Made by a program: the position numbers and the translations under genes. A stretch of 64,000 bases of DNA, from the NCBI GenBank assembly GCA_964016885.1, contig OZ024741.1, positions 106,144,001 to 106,208,000 on the forward strand, read 5' to 3'. This document shows, piece by piece, positions 26,606 through 38,169 of the stretch. This DNA is from Eledone cirrhosa (taxonomy: Eukaryota). The notes under the pieces are model-generated. The model worked only from the letters and a program-made list of their open reading frames with translations, made no database searches and was not told the DNA's origin. Position 1 is the stretch's first letter, and each line of letters opens with the position of its first letter.

Positions 26606-29141
26606 CTACAGTCTGATGTAAAGTGAAGGCCCATTCACACGGGCCATTCTCGCCACTTTCACCCATCTTTCATAAAAACGGCTGGGGTGAAGCACCTCTC
26701 TCTCCATCCTGATCCTTCTTCCGAAATGATATCGGAAGAAACGGACCAGTTGTTGGCCAGAGAGAAAGGTGTCTGACCTCAGTCCTTTCAGACGCGTCCA
26801 CCATACAACCTCTTTCACCATGGCTATTACGCACAGAAACACCGCCCCTCCTTCGTTTTTGAAGAGGGGAGGCGGCTTGATCGTTACAATAGTCGGTGGT
26901 CAACCGGATCGGTCCCACCTGTGACAGCAGTCGTTCAACATAGCCCCACAGATCGGCAATGCCCGAGCAGTGTACCAATGCGTGTGCAACGGTTTCCTTG
27001 TTGCACACGCATCTGGGCCAGATCTTTTTCGAGGGGTCCCTACCCGGGCGCCCGTGTCTGTAGAGCCTTTCTCAAACGGGCAGAACGCCTCGGTAGCACT
27101 GCCAGGTCAGGGACCTCTGGAAGTTATCCATCGGTCCCGGGCTGAATGTCCTACCAAACAGGTTGGCCAGTTCGTTTTCCTCCATGCCTAGGGCTTCTCC
27201 GAGGGTGTCGTCGCACCTGCTAACCACCAGCCCTCTATAGAATGACGATGTGGATTCTCCACTGACAGTCGGGTCTGCCTGCCAGAGAGCCGTGAGCGCC
27301 TGGGCACACTCGGTGTTTGCTTGACCCAGGATTGCAGCTCGGTGAGCGAGACGAGTCTGGGAAAGGCTCGCCTCACAAACGGGCCCACACCGGTTGACCG
27401 GTGAGGAATACCTGGAGGTGCCGTAGCCTTATGTGTGTTTATGCATCATCAGCCACGGCATCCCCAGCCCTCCTTTCGAAGGGTGTTGACAGCAGATGGA
27501 TCTCCTCACCATAGGAGCCCGCTTCTTCCAAAGTAACTGGAAGAGTGCGCATTCCATTTTGGCGAGCGTTTCCCTTGGGCAAGGCACGACGGTCAGGCGG
27601 TAGTAGATGACGGACGCTATATAAGTGTTCGCCACCTCCGCCCGACCTTTCAGGGACAGTTTGCACTCGGCCCACTTCTGGGTCAGTGCAAACACCCTGT
27701 TCGTTACCTCACCCCAGTTCTTCTCCACCTGGAGGTCTGGTCCGAACCAGACCCCGAGCAACTTCACCGGGCCCTCCATCCAGCGCTCGACGACGCCATC
27801 GGAGGGCATCGATTTTCCCCTCCACATGTCGAGTTGCAGACCAATCGACTTGTCCCGGTTCAGCTTAGCCCCTGTATACCTTTCGTACTCCTTCAGTAAG
27901 GTGGCGACTTCCTCGATTTGCGAGGCGCTCAACACCATTACTGTCACGTCGTCGGCGTAGGCCGACGCCGCTTTCCGCAGTCCCGGTTCCAGAGGGATGC
28001 CCTGCAATAGCTCCAACTTCCGCAGCAGTGGCTCTAGAGTCATTACATACAGAAGGGATGAGAGAGGGCACCCTTGTCGGAGGGACCGCGCAATTTCGAA
28101 CGGCTCCGAGAGGTAGCCGTTCACCTTGACCCTAGAGCAGATGCGGCTGCTGTGCATGGCAGTGATCCAGCCCCTAAAAACGGGTCCAAAGCCTGCTGCC
28201 GCTAGCACCGCATACAGGTAACCATGGTTGACCCTATCGAACGCCTTAGATTGATCCAAGTTGATCAGGGCCCCACCAAAGCCGGGTTCGTTCCCAACCC
28301 TCTCTATGATGTATCGCATGGGGTGGAAGTTGTCGTGGATGAACCTGGACAGGATAGCACATGTCTGCGCATCTCCCACCAGGTAGCCCACGACAAGCGC
28401 CAACCTCTTTGCTAGCACCTTGGCCAAAATCTATAACTCTGTATTTAGCAGAGTTATGGGCCTGAAATTATTTATATCGTCCCCCTTGTTCTCGTCCTTC
28501 CTCACTAGCGTGACTACGCCCTTGGTCACAGCACAGGGAATTCTCCCGTTCTGTTGCCAGTTGCAGTAGACCGCCTCGAGATCGGGGAACAAGTCCGGCA
28601 TAGCTAGATATCTATCGGCCAGGTCAAATTGGCCGATTAATCCTTTGAGGCTGTTACACCCCTCTCTATCGGGACAGGCCCCTACATAGTCCCAACGTGC
28701 ATCTAGGATACCATTCCAGCCCCCCACTAATAGCAAGGAGCGGGACGTCCCTAGAAAAGTCTCCAGACGATGGAAGAAGTACGGCCGTGTTCACCCCAAA
28801 GGGCCGTAGACGGCTACCAGCCTAAACGCTCCGCCTTCACCACTGCCAAGGTCCAGAACCACTAGTCGACTCTCCGGGTCCAAATGTACCGTCTGTGTTG
28901 CGAGACCCAGATGTTTTTGCAGCAGAACGACAACCCCACCCCCACCTCTGGGCTGACAGAGAGATGCGTGCATCTCAAAGTCGTCAAAGGTAGGGGCCAG
29001 CTGTCGCATGTTGCTGATCTGGGCCTCGCAAATAACCATCACATCTATACGTTGTGACCTGAGGTCATTTAGAAGCATTGCTTGCTTTCAAGTTGAGCCC
29101 AGGTCACGCGCATTTAGACAACCTACTCTCAGCATAGCCAT
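26606..29141 (-). pseudogene. Tx1-A ORF2 (APE endonuclease, reverse transcriptase, C-terminal Zn motif), disrupted
   Basis: Starts MAMLRVGCLNAR; has GGWN, AYADD and CQHP..GGLG. Stops, frameshifts and a DRY|LAMP deletion near 28610. Confidence 0.88.
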
Positions 29142-29165
29142 GTTGGTGGTGAAGAGAAAAGGCAC

Positions 29166-30648
29166 TTACCTCTCTGCGTCCCGGGTATCGGGGTGCAGAA
29201 TTTCCATGAGGGTGGGGTATGGGTTGTTGGGTGGAGTGGTGGTTTGTGGAAGTGTAGGGGCATCAGTGTGTTGTGTGGGTGTTTGGGGAGGGGGTGGGGA
29301 AATTTTTTAGGAGGACGCGGTTAATGGGCCCGACGCATGAGGGGGGGGGGGGGGGGCAACGTCCTCTTTAAAGTTGTTTTTTAGTATTTTATATGTGTCC
29401 TCTGGGGCCTTAATCATTTTGAGGTAGGGGAAATCCCCTGCCTCGGTGAAGTTAGGCCCTTGGGTTTTCACTATTTTGTTGTATACAATGTTTAGCTGTT
29501 TTTTTATTTCTTGTGTTTATGTATGTGTATGCATGTTTTTGTTTTTGTGTGGTGTTTTTTGTTTGCTGTTGTTGTGTGCTCTTATGTGCTGGTGTCTGTG
29601 TTATGTTTTGGGGAGGAGTTGTTTTCATTTGTGTGTCTGAGGTGTGTTTTCTTTTTTTCTTTTGATTGTGTGGAAGTGCCCATCCTCGTCTGATGACAAA
29701 CGAGGGTCATCTTCCGTGTTGGAGGGGAGGGGGAGATTTTCGGGTGTTTTGGAAATTGTTTTTTTTTTAGTGGGTGGGATGGGTTGGACAGTGTTTTGTT
29801 TTGGTTTGAGCTGTGGTTGTTGTTTCTGTAGTGGTGGTTGTGGTGATTGTGTTGGTTGTGCAGTTGTTGGTGGTGTAGGCAGGATTGGGGTTTTCTTTTT
29901 AAGTTGAGGACAGACAACCCTCAGGTGACCTCTGGCTCTACAGAGGTAACACGAGGGCCGCCTACTCTTAACGGTAATGTTAATAAAAGTTTGATCATCC
30001 AGTATGACGCGTTCAGGGATTTGGGCGATCCTTTCGGGCCTCATTTGAACTACAAGTTCGAGGCCCGTTCCACTAAACGCGTCACCCGATGCCTTTCCCA
30101 TGGATATTAATGTGTCGTCGTCTAGGTCCAGGAAACCTGTCAATACCCACCATATGTCCATAATCGGAAGGATGGTGTGAATTTTTATTTTTTGTGTCCT
30201 TCTACCCATGCACGTAGGGTAGAAGGTGTATGCGGTGGTTGTGATTGGTTTTATTGACAGTTTCGCTGCCGTGTCCCTGTCCTTCATGTGAAAGGATTTA
30301 ATGAATATGATGTCTTTCATGACATCTTTTAAAACCAGCTCTATCTCACTCTGTGATGGTTGAGCTGGTTTTTTGCTTTTGTTTCAGACTGTCCTAAACA
30401 TGACAGTGTTTAGGAGTCTCTGGCTTTTTAGTTCCGGGGGGGGGGGGTCGAAAATGATCCATTTTCCCCATACACTACGTATATTTTGGCATCTGCCAGT
30501 AGCTCCTTAGCTTTGCTTATATCTACTAGCAGATAGTCGAGGGTTTTCCTTGCAGTCTGGGCGAAGGAGTCCTTTTCCTTGTTCATGTTGCTTTTGTTGT
30601 TATCATTGTTGTTGGTGTTGTTGTTGTTTTTGTTGTCTTTATTGTTGC

Positions 30649-30679
<31 letters not shown>

Positions 30680-30859
30680 GTTGTTTTCAGTTTCTTGTAT
30701 AGTTGTGGCTACATCAAGTTGTCGGTCAGCAGGTGGAGAAAGTTCTACCTCTGGCTGACCTCTGCCGTTGGCATCTGCTGCTGTGACAGTGGCAGGGGGA
30801 AGCTGTGAGTTTAACTTCCCTTTTCTTCCTTTGAATGTTGGTGAAGATGCTTCAGCCAT
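29166..30859 (-). pseudogene. Tx1-A ORF1 (gag-like: Asn-rich N-terminus, CCHC knuckle), frameshifted
   Basis: ORF pieces 30428-30868 and 29625-30320, ending MEILHPDTRDAER*. Homologous to ORF1 of families B and C. Confidence 0.85.
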
Positions 30860-31098
30860 TTTTATCAAAGTAGGATTTTTCGAAATTTTTCGAAAGATAA
30901 AATATTTTCACCACTATTTCGCCTAAAGGCGTAGAATATTTTGAGAGATTGACCAGATCAAAATTTGATCTGGCAGTCCCTCTACAAAATGGTACAAAAA
31001 TGAAAGTTTACAGTTAGGAATTTCTATGGAAATTTAGGCAGAACTTACCCAGCAAGTTTCACGCGTGTGTCCATCCCAGATAGATAGATAGATAGATA

Positions 31099-31220
31099 TC
31101 TTTCTTTATTTGCCACAGGGGCGTACAAAAATGGGACATTACAAGACGTAACGGCGAAGTTTTACATAAAAATAACTTTAACATTAATAAATAACAATAA
31201 ACTATATATAATAAAATAAT
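31099..31220 (-). mobile_element. ~120-bp Tx1-type 3'-UTR-only insertion
   Basis: Shares TGTAAAAC..TTGTA.TGTCCC..GCCCCTGTGGCAAATAAAGAAA with Tx1 3' ends and sits in (GATA)n. Other copies at about 46443, 49383 and 62679. Confidence 0.7.
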
Positions 31221-31428
31221 AGATAGATAGATAGTTAGCTAGATTGACAAACAGACAGACAGAGAGACAGACAGTTAGATAGAGAGACAGATAGACAGAC
31301 AGGCAGACAGGCAGACAAACAGACAGACAGATAGATACATAGACAAATAGACAGGGAGATAGATAGACAGATAGACAGATAGATAGATAGATAGATAGAT
31401 AGACAAATAGACAGATAGATAGATAAAT
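31221..31428. repeat. (GATA)n/(GACA)n compound microsatellite (empty target site)
   Basis: Read directly. The paralogous tracts at 49505-50840 and from 62802 carry a Tx1 insertion. Confidence 0.9.
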
Positions 31429-31780
31429 AGGTTATGATGACTATGACAATGATGATGATGCGAGTTCTCAGCCCCATGCAACAACAGATTAGTTCATTGT
31501 ATGCTGCGTGCTCTGTCCACGTGAGTGATGAACATGAGGGTTGTAGAGTTTGTAGTTCTCCAGCAAGGAGACTACATATATATATATGTGTGTGTGTGTG
31601 TGTATGTATGTATACATACATATATACATATACATACATACACACATTACACACAAGCTAGAAGGAGATTGTGACAGTAAGCAATTGTTTAATTGTTTAG
31701 AGACATTATGACCAGGTGTGATATATACATCCAGAGAGAGAAGGAATTGTAAACGTCATTGGCAGCAATGGAGTCAGAAG

Positions 31781-31813
<33 letters not shown>

Positions 31814-31832
31814 GGTGGTGGTGGTGGTGGTG

Positions 31833-31889
<57 letters not shown>

Positions 31890-31989
31890 AGTACCCTATC
31901 ATTAAAATTACCATTTTTTTACCTTCTTTGACATTCCATCTTGATATTTCCTTTTAAATTCTTTCTGGTTCACAAGACATTGTATCTAT

Positions 31990-32340
31990 AATAATTGTTT
32001 CTACTTTAGGCACCAGGCCAGCAATTACCCAGTGTATTACTGGTACTTTATTTGATCGACCCCGGAAGGATGAAAGGCAAAGTCAACCTCGGCGGGATTT
32101 GAACTCAGATCGTAAAGGGACCTAACTATGCTGGAAAGCATGGCGTCCGACTCTCTACCGATACTGCCAATCCACAGCCTTCTATAATAATTGTTTCTAC
32201 TTTTGGCACAATGCCAGCAATTACCCAGTACTTTATTTTATCGACCCGGTAAGGATGAAAGGCAAGGTTAACCTCGGCAGGATTTGAACTCAGAATGGCA
32301 AGGGCCGTAACTCTATGCGTCAAAGCATGCCGTCCGACAT
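31990..32340 (-). mobile_element. Two tandem Meta-like SINEs
   Basis: Same family as 11265-11445; duplicated at 45600-46065 and 51422-51885. Confidence 0.8.
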
Positions 32341-32361
32341 AATAATGGTTTCTTATATAGT

Positions 32362-35300
32362 TTACTTGCTGGGGTACAGCACTTCTCTCTCCATCCTGAT
32401 TCTTCTTCCAAAGTGGTATTTGAAAAAAAGAATCAGTTGTTGGCTGGAGAGAAAGGTGTCTGACCTCAGCCCTTTCAACCGTGTCCACCATACAACCTCT
32501 TTCGCCATAGCTATCACACAAAGGAAAACCGCCTCTCCTTCGTTTTTGAAGGAGGGTGGCGGTTTGATCATGACAATGGACTCGGTGGTCAACCGGATTG
32601 GTCCCACCCGCGACAATAGTCGTTCTACATAGCCCCACAGGTCAGTGACGCCCGGGCACTGTATGAATGCGTGCGCGGCTGTTTCTTCGTCTCGCACGCA
32701 CCTCGGACAGATCTTTTTTGCAGGGTCCCTGCCCGGGCGCCCATGTCTGTAGAACTTGTCTCGAACTGGTAGAGCTCCTCGGTAGCACTGCCAGGCCAGG
32801 GACTTTTGGAAGTGGCCCATCGGTCCCGGGCGGAAGGTCCTACCGAACAAACTGGCCAGTTCATCTTCCTCTACGCCTAGAGTTTCACCGAGCCTGTCGT
32901 CGCACTTGCTGCGGATCAACCCTCTATAGAATGACGAAGTGGAGTCTCCACTGATCGCCGGGTCCGCCTGCCAGAGGACTGTGAGAGCCTGAGCACATTC
33001 GATGTGCCAGTCGCCCATTTTCCTCGGTTTTTGCTTGACCCAGGACTGCAGCTCGGTCAGCGAGACGAGTCGTGGGAAGGCTTGCCTCACGAACGGGGCC
33101 CACACCGGTTGTCCGGTGAGGAATACGTAGAGATGCCGCAGCCTGAGCGCGTGTTTGCGCATCGTCAACAACGGCATCCCCAGCACCCCGTTAGAAGGGT
33201 GTTGGCAGCAGATGGACCTTCTCACCAAAGGAGCCCGCCTCTTCCAAACGAATCAGAAGAGCGCGCGCTCTATTTTGGCGAGCGTTTTGGCTGGACAAGG
33301 CACGACGGTCAAGCAGTAGTAGATGGCGGACGCTATAAAAGTGTTCGCCACCTCCGCTCGACCTTTCAAGGATAGTTTGCACTCGGCCCACTTCTGGGTG
33401 AGTGCAAACACCTTGGCCGTCACTTCGTTCCAGTTCTTCTCCACCTGAAGGTCTGGACCAAACCAGACCCCGAGCAGCTTTACCGGTCCTTCCGTCTAGC
33501 GTCCGACGACGCCATCGGAAGGCATCGATTTGCCTCTCCACGATCCGAGTTGCAAACCGATGGACTTGTCCCGGTTCAGCTTCGCTCCTGTGAAACTTTC
33601 GAATTCCTTCAGTAAGGTGCCGACTTCCTCGATTTGCGAGGCGCTCGACACCATTACTATCACGTCGTCGGCGTAGGCCGACGCCGCTTTCCGCAGTCCC
33701 GGTTCCAGAGGGATGCCCTGCAATAGCTCCAACTTCCGCAGTAGTGGATCGAGAGTCAGTACGTACAGAAGGGAGGAGAGAGGGCATCCCTGTCGAATGG
33801 ATCGCGTAATATGGAACGGCTTCGAGAGGTAGCCGTTCACCTTGACCCTTGAGCAAATGTTGCTGTTGTGCATTGCAGCAATCCAGCCCCTGAACACGGA
33901 TCCGAAGCCTGCCGCCTCGAGCACCGCATCCAGGTAACGATGGTCAACCCTATCGAAAGCCTTAGACTGATCCAAGTTTATCAGGGCCCCACCGAAGCCG
34001 GGTTTACACCCTACCCTCTCTATGATGTATCGCATGGGGTGGAGGTTGTCGTATATCGACCCGGTCGGGATTGTGCATGTCTACGCTTCTCCCACCAGGT
34101 TCTCGACGACAAGCGCCAGCCTCTTTGCCAACACCTTGGCCAAAATCTGTAACTCTGTGTTTAGCAGAGTTATGGGCCGGAAGTTGCCTATGTCATCCCC
34201 CTTATTCTCGTCCTTCTTGATTAGTGTGACTACGCCCCCGGTTACAGAACTGGGTATTCTCCCGTTCTGGTGCCAGTTGCAGTAGACCGCTTCCAGGAGA
34301 CCGGAGAATAAGTCCGGCATTGCTACGTAAAATTCGTAGGGTAGACCGTCGAGACCTGGAGATTTGCGTTTGCCGCATTGGCTCAGCGCGTCCCCTATTT
34401 CAGTGGCTGAAATCGGCTTTTCGCAGAACTTTGCCTCGCTGTCCGAGAGTCGCGGTAGGCCGTCGAGGTATGGACCGAAATCCATAGCCTCTCCTGGCGC
34501 CCCCCCCCCCCGAACAGCTGAGCAAAGTGCCGCTAAAAAGCCGCACACATCTGCTTCGGCTCACGTATCACGCGTCCGTTTTGGTCCTTCAAAGACCGAA
34601 TCGTGGACTTGTTGCCACTTTTTGCCTCCGTCACTCGGGCCCAGCTAACAGCTTTGGCTCCCTCGTATCCCAGAGCACGTATTTTGCTTCTGACAACGCA
34701 TCCCTCGTGCTTTGCGTCGAAGAACTGGTCCAAGGCCGTTCTCGTTGCTAGCACGCTGGCTACGTTGCCACTTCTAATTGCCTCTTCTACTTTATTTACC
34801 AGTTCCTTCTCGGTTCTATTTCTATCTAACGCTAATTCTTTACTAAAAATTATCGAGTCTAATCTAACTGCCCTCTTGAGAGAGTACCACCATCTGTTGT
34901 TGACAATGGCCCCTGTCAACTGCTGTTTAACTAAAGTGCTAATCCGTCTACTGTAGGCTTTGTTTGTCGGTAACGACAAGTTCAGCTTCCAGTAGCCGGG
35001 TCCTTGTCTATGGGTTCTATCAAGGCTGGCCATGCAGGTCACTAGTTTGTGATCTGAATAGGCAACCATGAACATTTGTGGACAGCTTAACATGTCCCTA
35101 TCCTTATTTCTAACTAGAACCCTATCTAGGTACGATCTAGATGTTCCGCTACGATTACTCCACGTCCACAGTGGCGCAGTTGGAAAATCTAGTCGATATC
35201 TATCGGCCAGGTCAAATCGGTCGATTAACCGTTTGAGGCTGTTACACCCCCCTTTATCGGGACATGCTCCCACATAGTCCCAACGTGCATCTAGGATTCC

Positions 35301-35727
35301 ATTCCAGTCCCCCACTAAAAGCAAGGAGCGGGACGTTCCCAGAAAAGTCTCTAGACGTTTGAAGAAGTCTGGCCGCGGTGTCCCGGATGGGCCATATGCG
35401 GCCACCAGCCTGAAGGCTCCACCTTCACTACCGTCAACGTCTAGGACCACCAGTCGACCCTCCGGGTCCAGATGTACCGTCTGTGTTACGAGGCCCAGGT
35501 GTTTCCGCAGCAAAACGGCAACTCCCCCCCCCCCCCCGTTGACAGAGAGATGCATAGATCTCAAAGTCATCGAAGATGGGGGCCAGCTGTCGCTCGCTGT
35601 GGATCCTGGGCTCGCAAATGGCTACCACATCCATACTGTGCGACCTGAGGTCGTTTAAGAGTTTGCCCTGTTTCCAGGGCATCCCCAGGCCGCGTACGTT
35701 CACACATCCAACTCTTATATTGGCCAT
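32362..35727 (-). pseudogene. Tx1-B ORF2 (APE-RT-Zn), few frameshifts
   Basis: MANIRVGCVNVRG, VGDWN, SYLDRVL, YSDH, GPGYWKLN, RQGCPLS, AYADD, CPRC...AHAFIQC. Confidence 0.92.
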
Positions 35728-35760
35728 GTTGGTGCTGAAAAGTTAAAAGAGGAAAAGAGA

Positions 35761-37686
35761 TCACTCACCCTTCGTCTCCTGGGGACCAGGCCGCACGATT
35801 TCCAGGGGGGTGTTGGAGGGGTTGTCTGGATGGGTGGTGGTTTCCGGCAGTGTGGGGACGGAGATGTTTGGTGGGGTGGGGTCTGGTGAAATGGGGGTGT
35901 CTGGGGTGGGGAGACATTTGAGAAGAACGCGGTTGAGTGGTTTCACGCAGGAATTCCCCACATCCTTCTCAAATGTTTCTTTTAGGGACCTATAAGTTTG
36001 TATAGGGACCCTAATCAGTTTTAGGTTCAGTTTTTTGTAATTTTTAATAGAGTGGGCGAAAGTTTTCCCTTCGGTTTTCACCGAAGGGTCGTTCGTGATG
36101 GTCTCCATTAGTGTTTTGTTTTCAGTGTTTATGTAAGTGTAAGTGTAATTTTCTTGTGTTGTGTTTGTTTTTGTCTGTAGTTCTTGTGTGTGCTTTCGTT
36201 TTGTTGTAGGTATTTTGTTTTCAGGAGGTGGGGGTTTTGTTTGTGATGTTTTTGTTGTTTGTGTTGGTGGTTGTATGTTTGTGGTAGTGTTTGCTGGTTT
36301 TTTGCTTTTGTGATGTCTTTTCTTTCTTTTCGAGCGATGGGATTCTCCCTCGTCTTCACTGGGTGATGGCGAGATAGCCTAATCTGTTGTATCGTCTGTG
36401 TGATTGGGGAGGGGTATGTCTTGGGGAGCTGTTGTGTCTGTATGTGATTTTGCAGTGATTTTAGGTGGAGTGGGGTTGGGTGGGACTGTGTTTGTTGTGG
36501 TTATTTTTGTGTGTTGGTGTTGTTGTTGTGGTGGTGTTGGTGGTTGTGTTGTTTTGATGGGTGTCGGCAGAAGAGCCTTTTTTTATTCATTAATTTAGGA
36601 CAGGAAGCCCTCAGGTGACCCCTGCTAAAGCAATGGTAACATGAAGGCCGCCTACACTCAACCGAAAGGTTTATGTAGGTGAGTCCGTCCAGGAGTACAC
36701 GTTGTGGGATCATAGCTATTCGCTCTGGGCTCATTTGCACCAGAACTTCAATGCTAGTCCCATTGAATACATCTCTGGGGTCTTTCCTACTGACAGTATT
36801 CTGTCTTCATCAAAATTGATGAAGCCGCACAGCATCCACCATATGTTCACCTTTGGTGTGACACTCGTGATTTTGATCTTTTGTGTCCTTTTTCCCATGT
36901 ATGTAGGGAAAAAGATGTACAGGTTGGATACACTTGGCGACACAGAGTAATTTTGGGCCGTCAATTGATCCTTCAGGAGTACCGAAATACTCCCAAAAAG
37001 TTTGCTTCTTTGAATGAATGCAATATTATTCATTGAATTTTTGAAAACCAGTTCAATTTCTTTCTGTGACAATTGGACTGGTTTTCGGGTAGAATTGGAA
37101 ACTGTCCTAAAAACTATCGTTTTGAGAGCAGTTTCCTTGCGAATTTCTACCGGAGAATTGATGCTGAAAGCACCATTTTTTTCGAAAGTGACATATCTCC
37201 TAGTGTCCTTTAAAAGTTGTTCGGCCTTTGTTATGTCGAGATATATCAGTTCCTCCTTTTTCTGAACTGTCTGTGCAAAGGAAATTTTGGTTTCTTTGTG
37301 GAATTATCCGTGTTGGTGGTGTTGTCATTATTGTTGTTATTGTTGTTGTTATTCTTGTTGTCACCGATGTTGATATTATTCGTATTTTCCTTGGTGTTGG
37401 TGTTGGTGTTGTTATTGTCTTTGATGCTGGTGTTATTGGTGTTGTCTTTATTTTTTTCTTTGTTGTTGTTATCATTGTTGTTTTTATCATCATTATTGGC
37501 GTTGCTGTTATTTTTGTTGTCATTGAACTCTTTGGTGTCATTTGTGTTGTTTGGATATGAATTTGTTTTTGCATTTTCATTTCGTCTTTCCATCTCTATA
37601 GTATCTAGTGAAGAAGACGATGTTGACTGCGAGTTTTGTAGTCTTACCGCCTCTCCGCCACCATTATCGTTGGACGCAGCGTTCAT
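35761..37686 (-). pseudogene. Tx1-B ORF1, frameshifted
   Basis: Asn-rich N-terminus, CYHCFSRGHLRASC knuckle, and C-terminal KLIRVP..LKETFEKDVG..VKPLNRVLLK. Confidence 0.85.
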
Positions 37687-37880
37687 AACGTAATCAAACT
37701 TTTACAATATTTTTTCCAAGATTCGATGGAGAAAAAATTGTCAAACGAAAATGAGTTGACCCACCACCTGAAGGTGCAGACGGGGGTCAAGTTACACAAT
37801 AATATAAAATTTAACTAAAAACTCACGTTTTTTTTCTTACATAAATTAACGGAAACTTCTCCGCGAAGTTACACACGTCT

Positions 37881-37887
37881 GATAGAG

Positions 37888-37954
<67 letters not shown>
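37881..37954. repeat. (GATA)n microsatellite between Tx1-B and Tx1-C
   Basis: Read directly from the sequence. Confidence 0.97.
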
Positions 37955-37955
<1 letters not shown>

Positions 37956-38169
37956 TTCTTTATTTACCATAAAGGCATAAAAAGAAGGGACAAATACAAA
38001 GGGGGAGTTTACATATAATCGAGTAAAAAGGGTATAAAATGAAAATAATCGAAAACAACCTCAAAAGAGAGGGGACGTGATGGGGGTTGCACACACACCC
38101 GAAAAAGTGTGCAATCCTTTGCGCGGGGAGCACATGGGGGAGGTGCTCCCCTCTCTTTCACTTCTTTAC

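Larger units (their letters stand above)
26332..31077 (-). mobile_element. Tx1-clade LINE family A, both termini present, internal ORF2 deletion
   Basis: 5' UTR, ORF1 with CCHC knuckle CYLCRARGHLRVVC, ORF2 with APE/RT, and an AATAAA end. (GATA)n on both sides. Confidence 0.93.
32362..37880 (-). mobile_element. Tx1-clade LINE family B, 5' end complete, 3' end deleted
   Basis: ORF1 35761-37686 and ORF2 32362-35727. The 5' end abuts (GATA)n at 37881-37954. Confidence 0.95.

Noticed and set aside
31718-31957. Ser/Gly-rich ORF repeated at 45338 and 51160 as a host gene
   Set aside because: It consists of (AGT)n/(GGT)n repeats with a GTG start, and its recurrence is explained by the segmental duplication.
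35735-35768. GTGAGT...TTTTCAG as a micro-intron fusing ORF1 to ORF2 in Tx1-B
   Set aside because: It is only 34 nt, splicing would leave ORF2 out of frame, and families A and C have no AG acceptor in the spacer.
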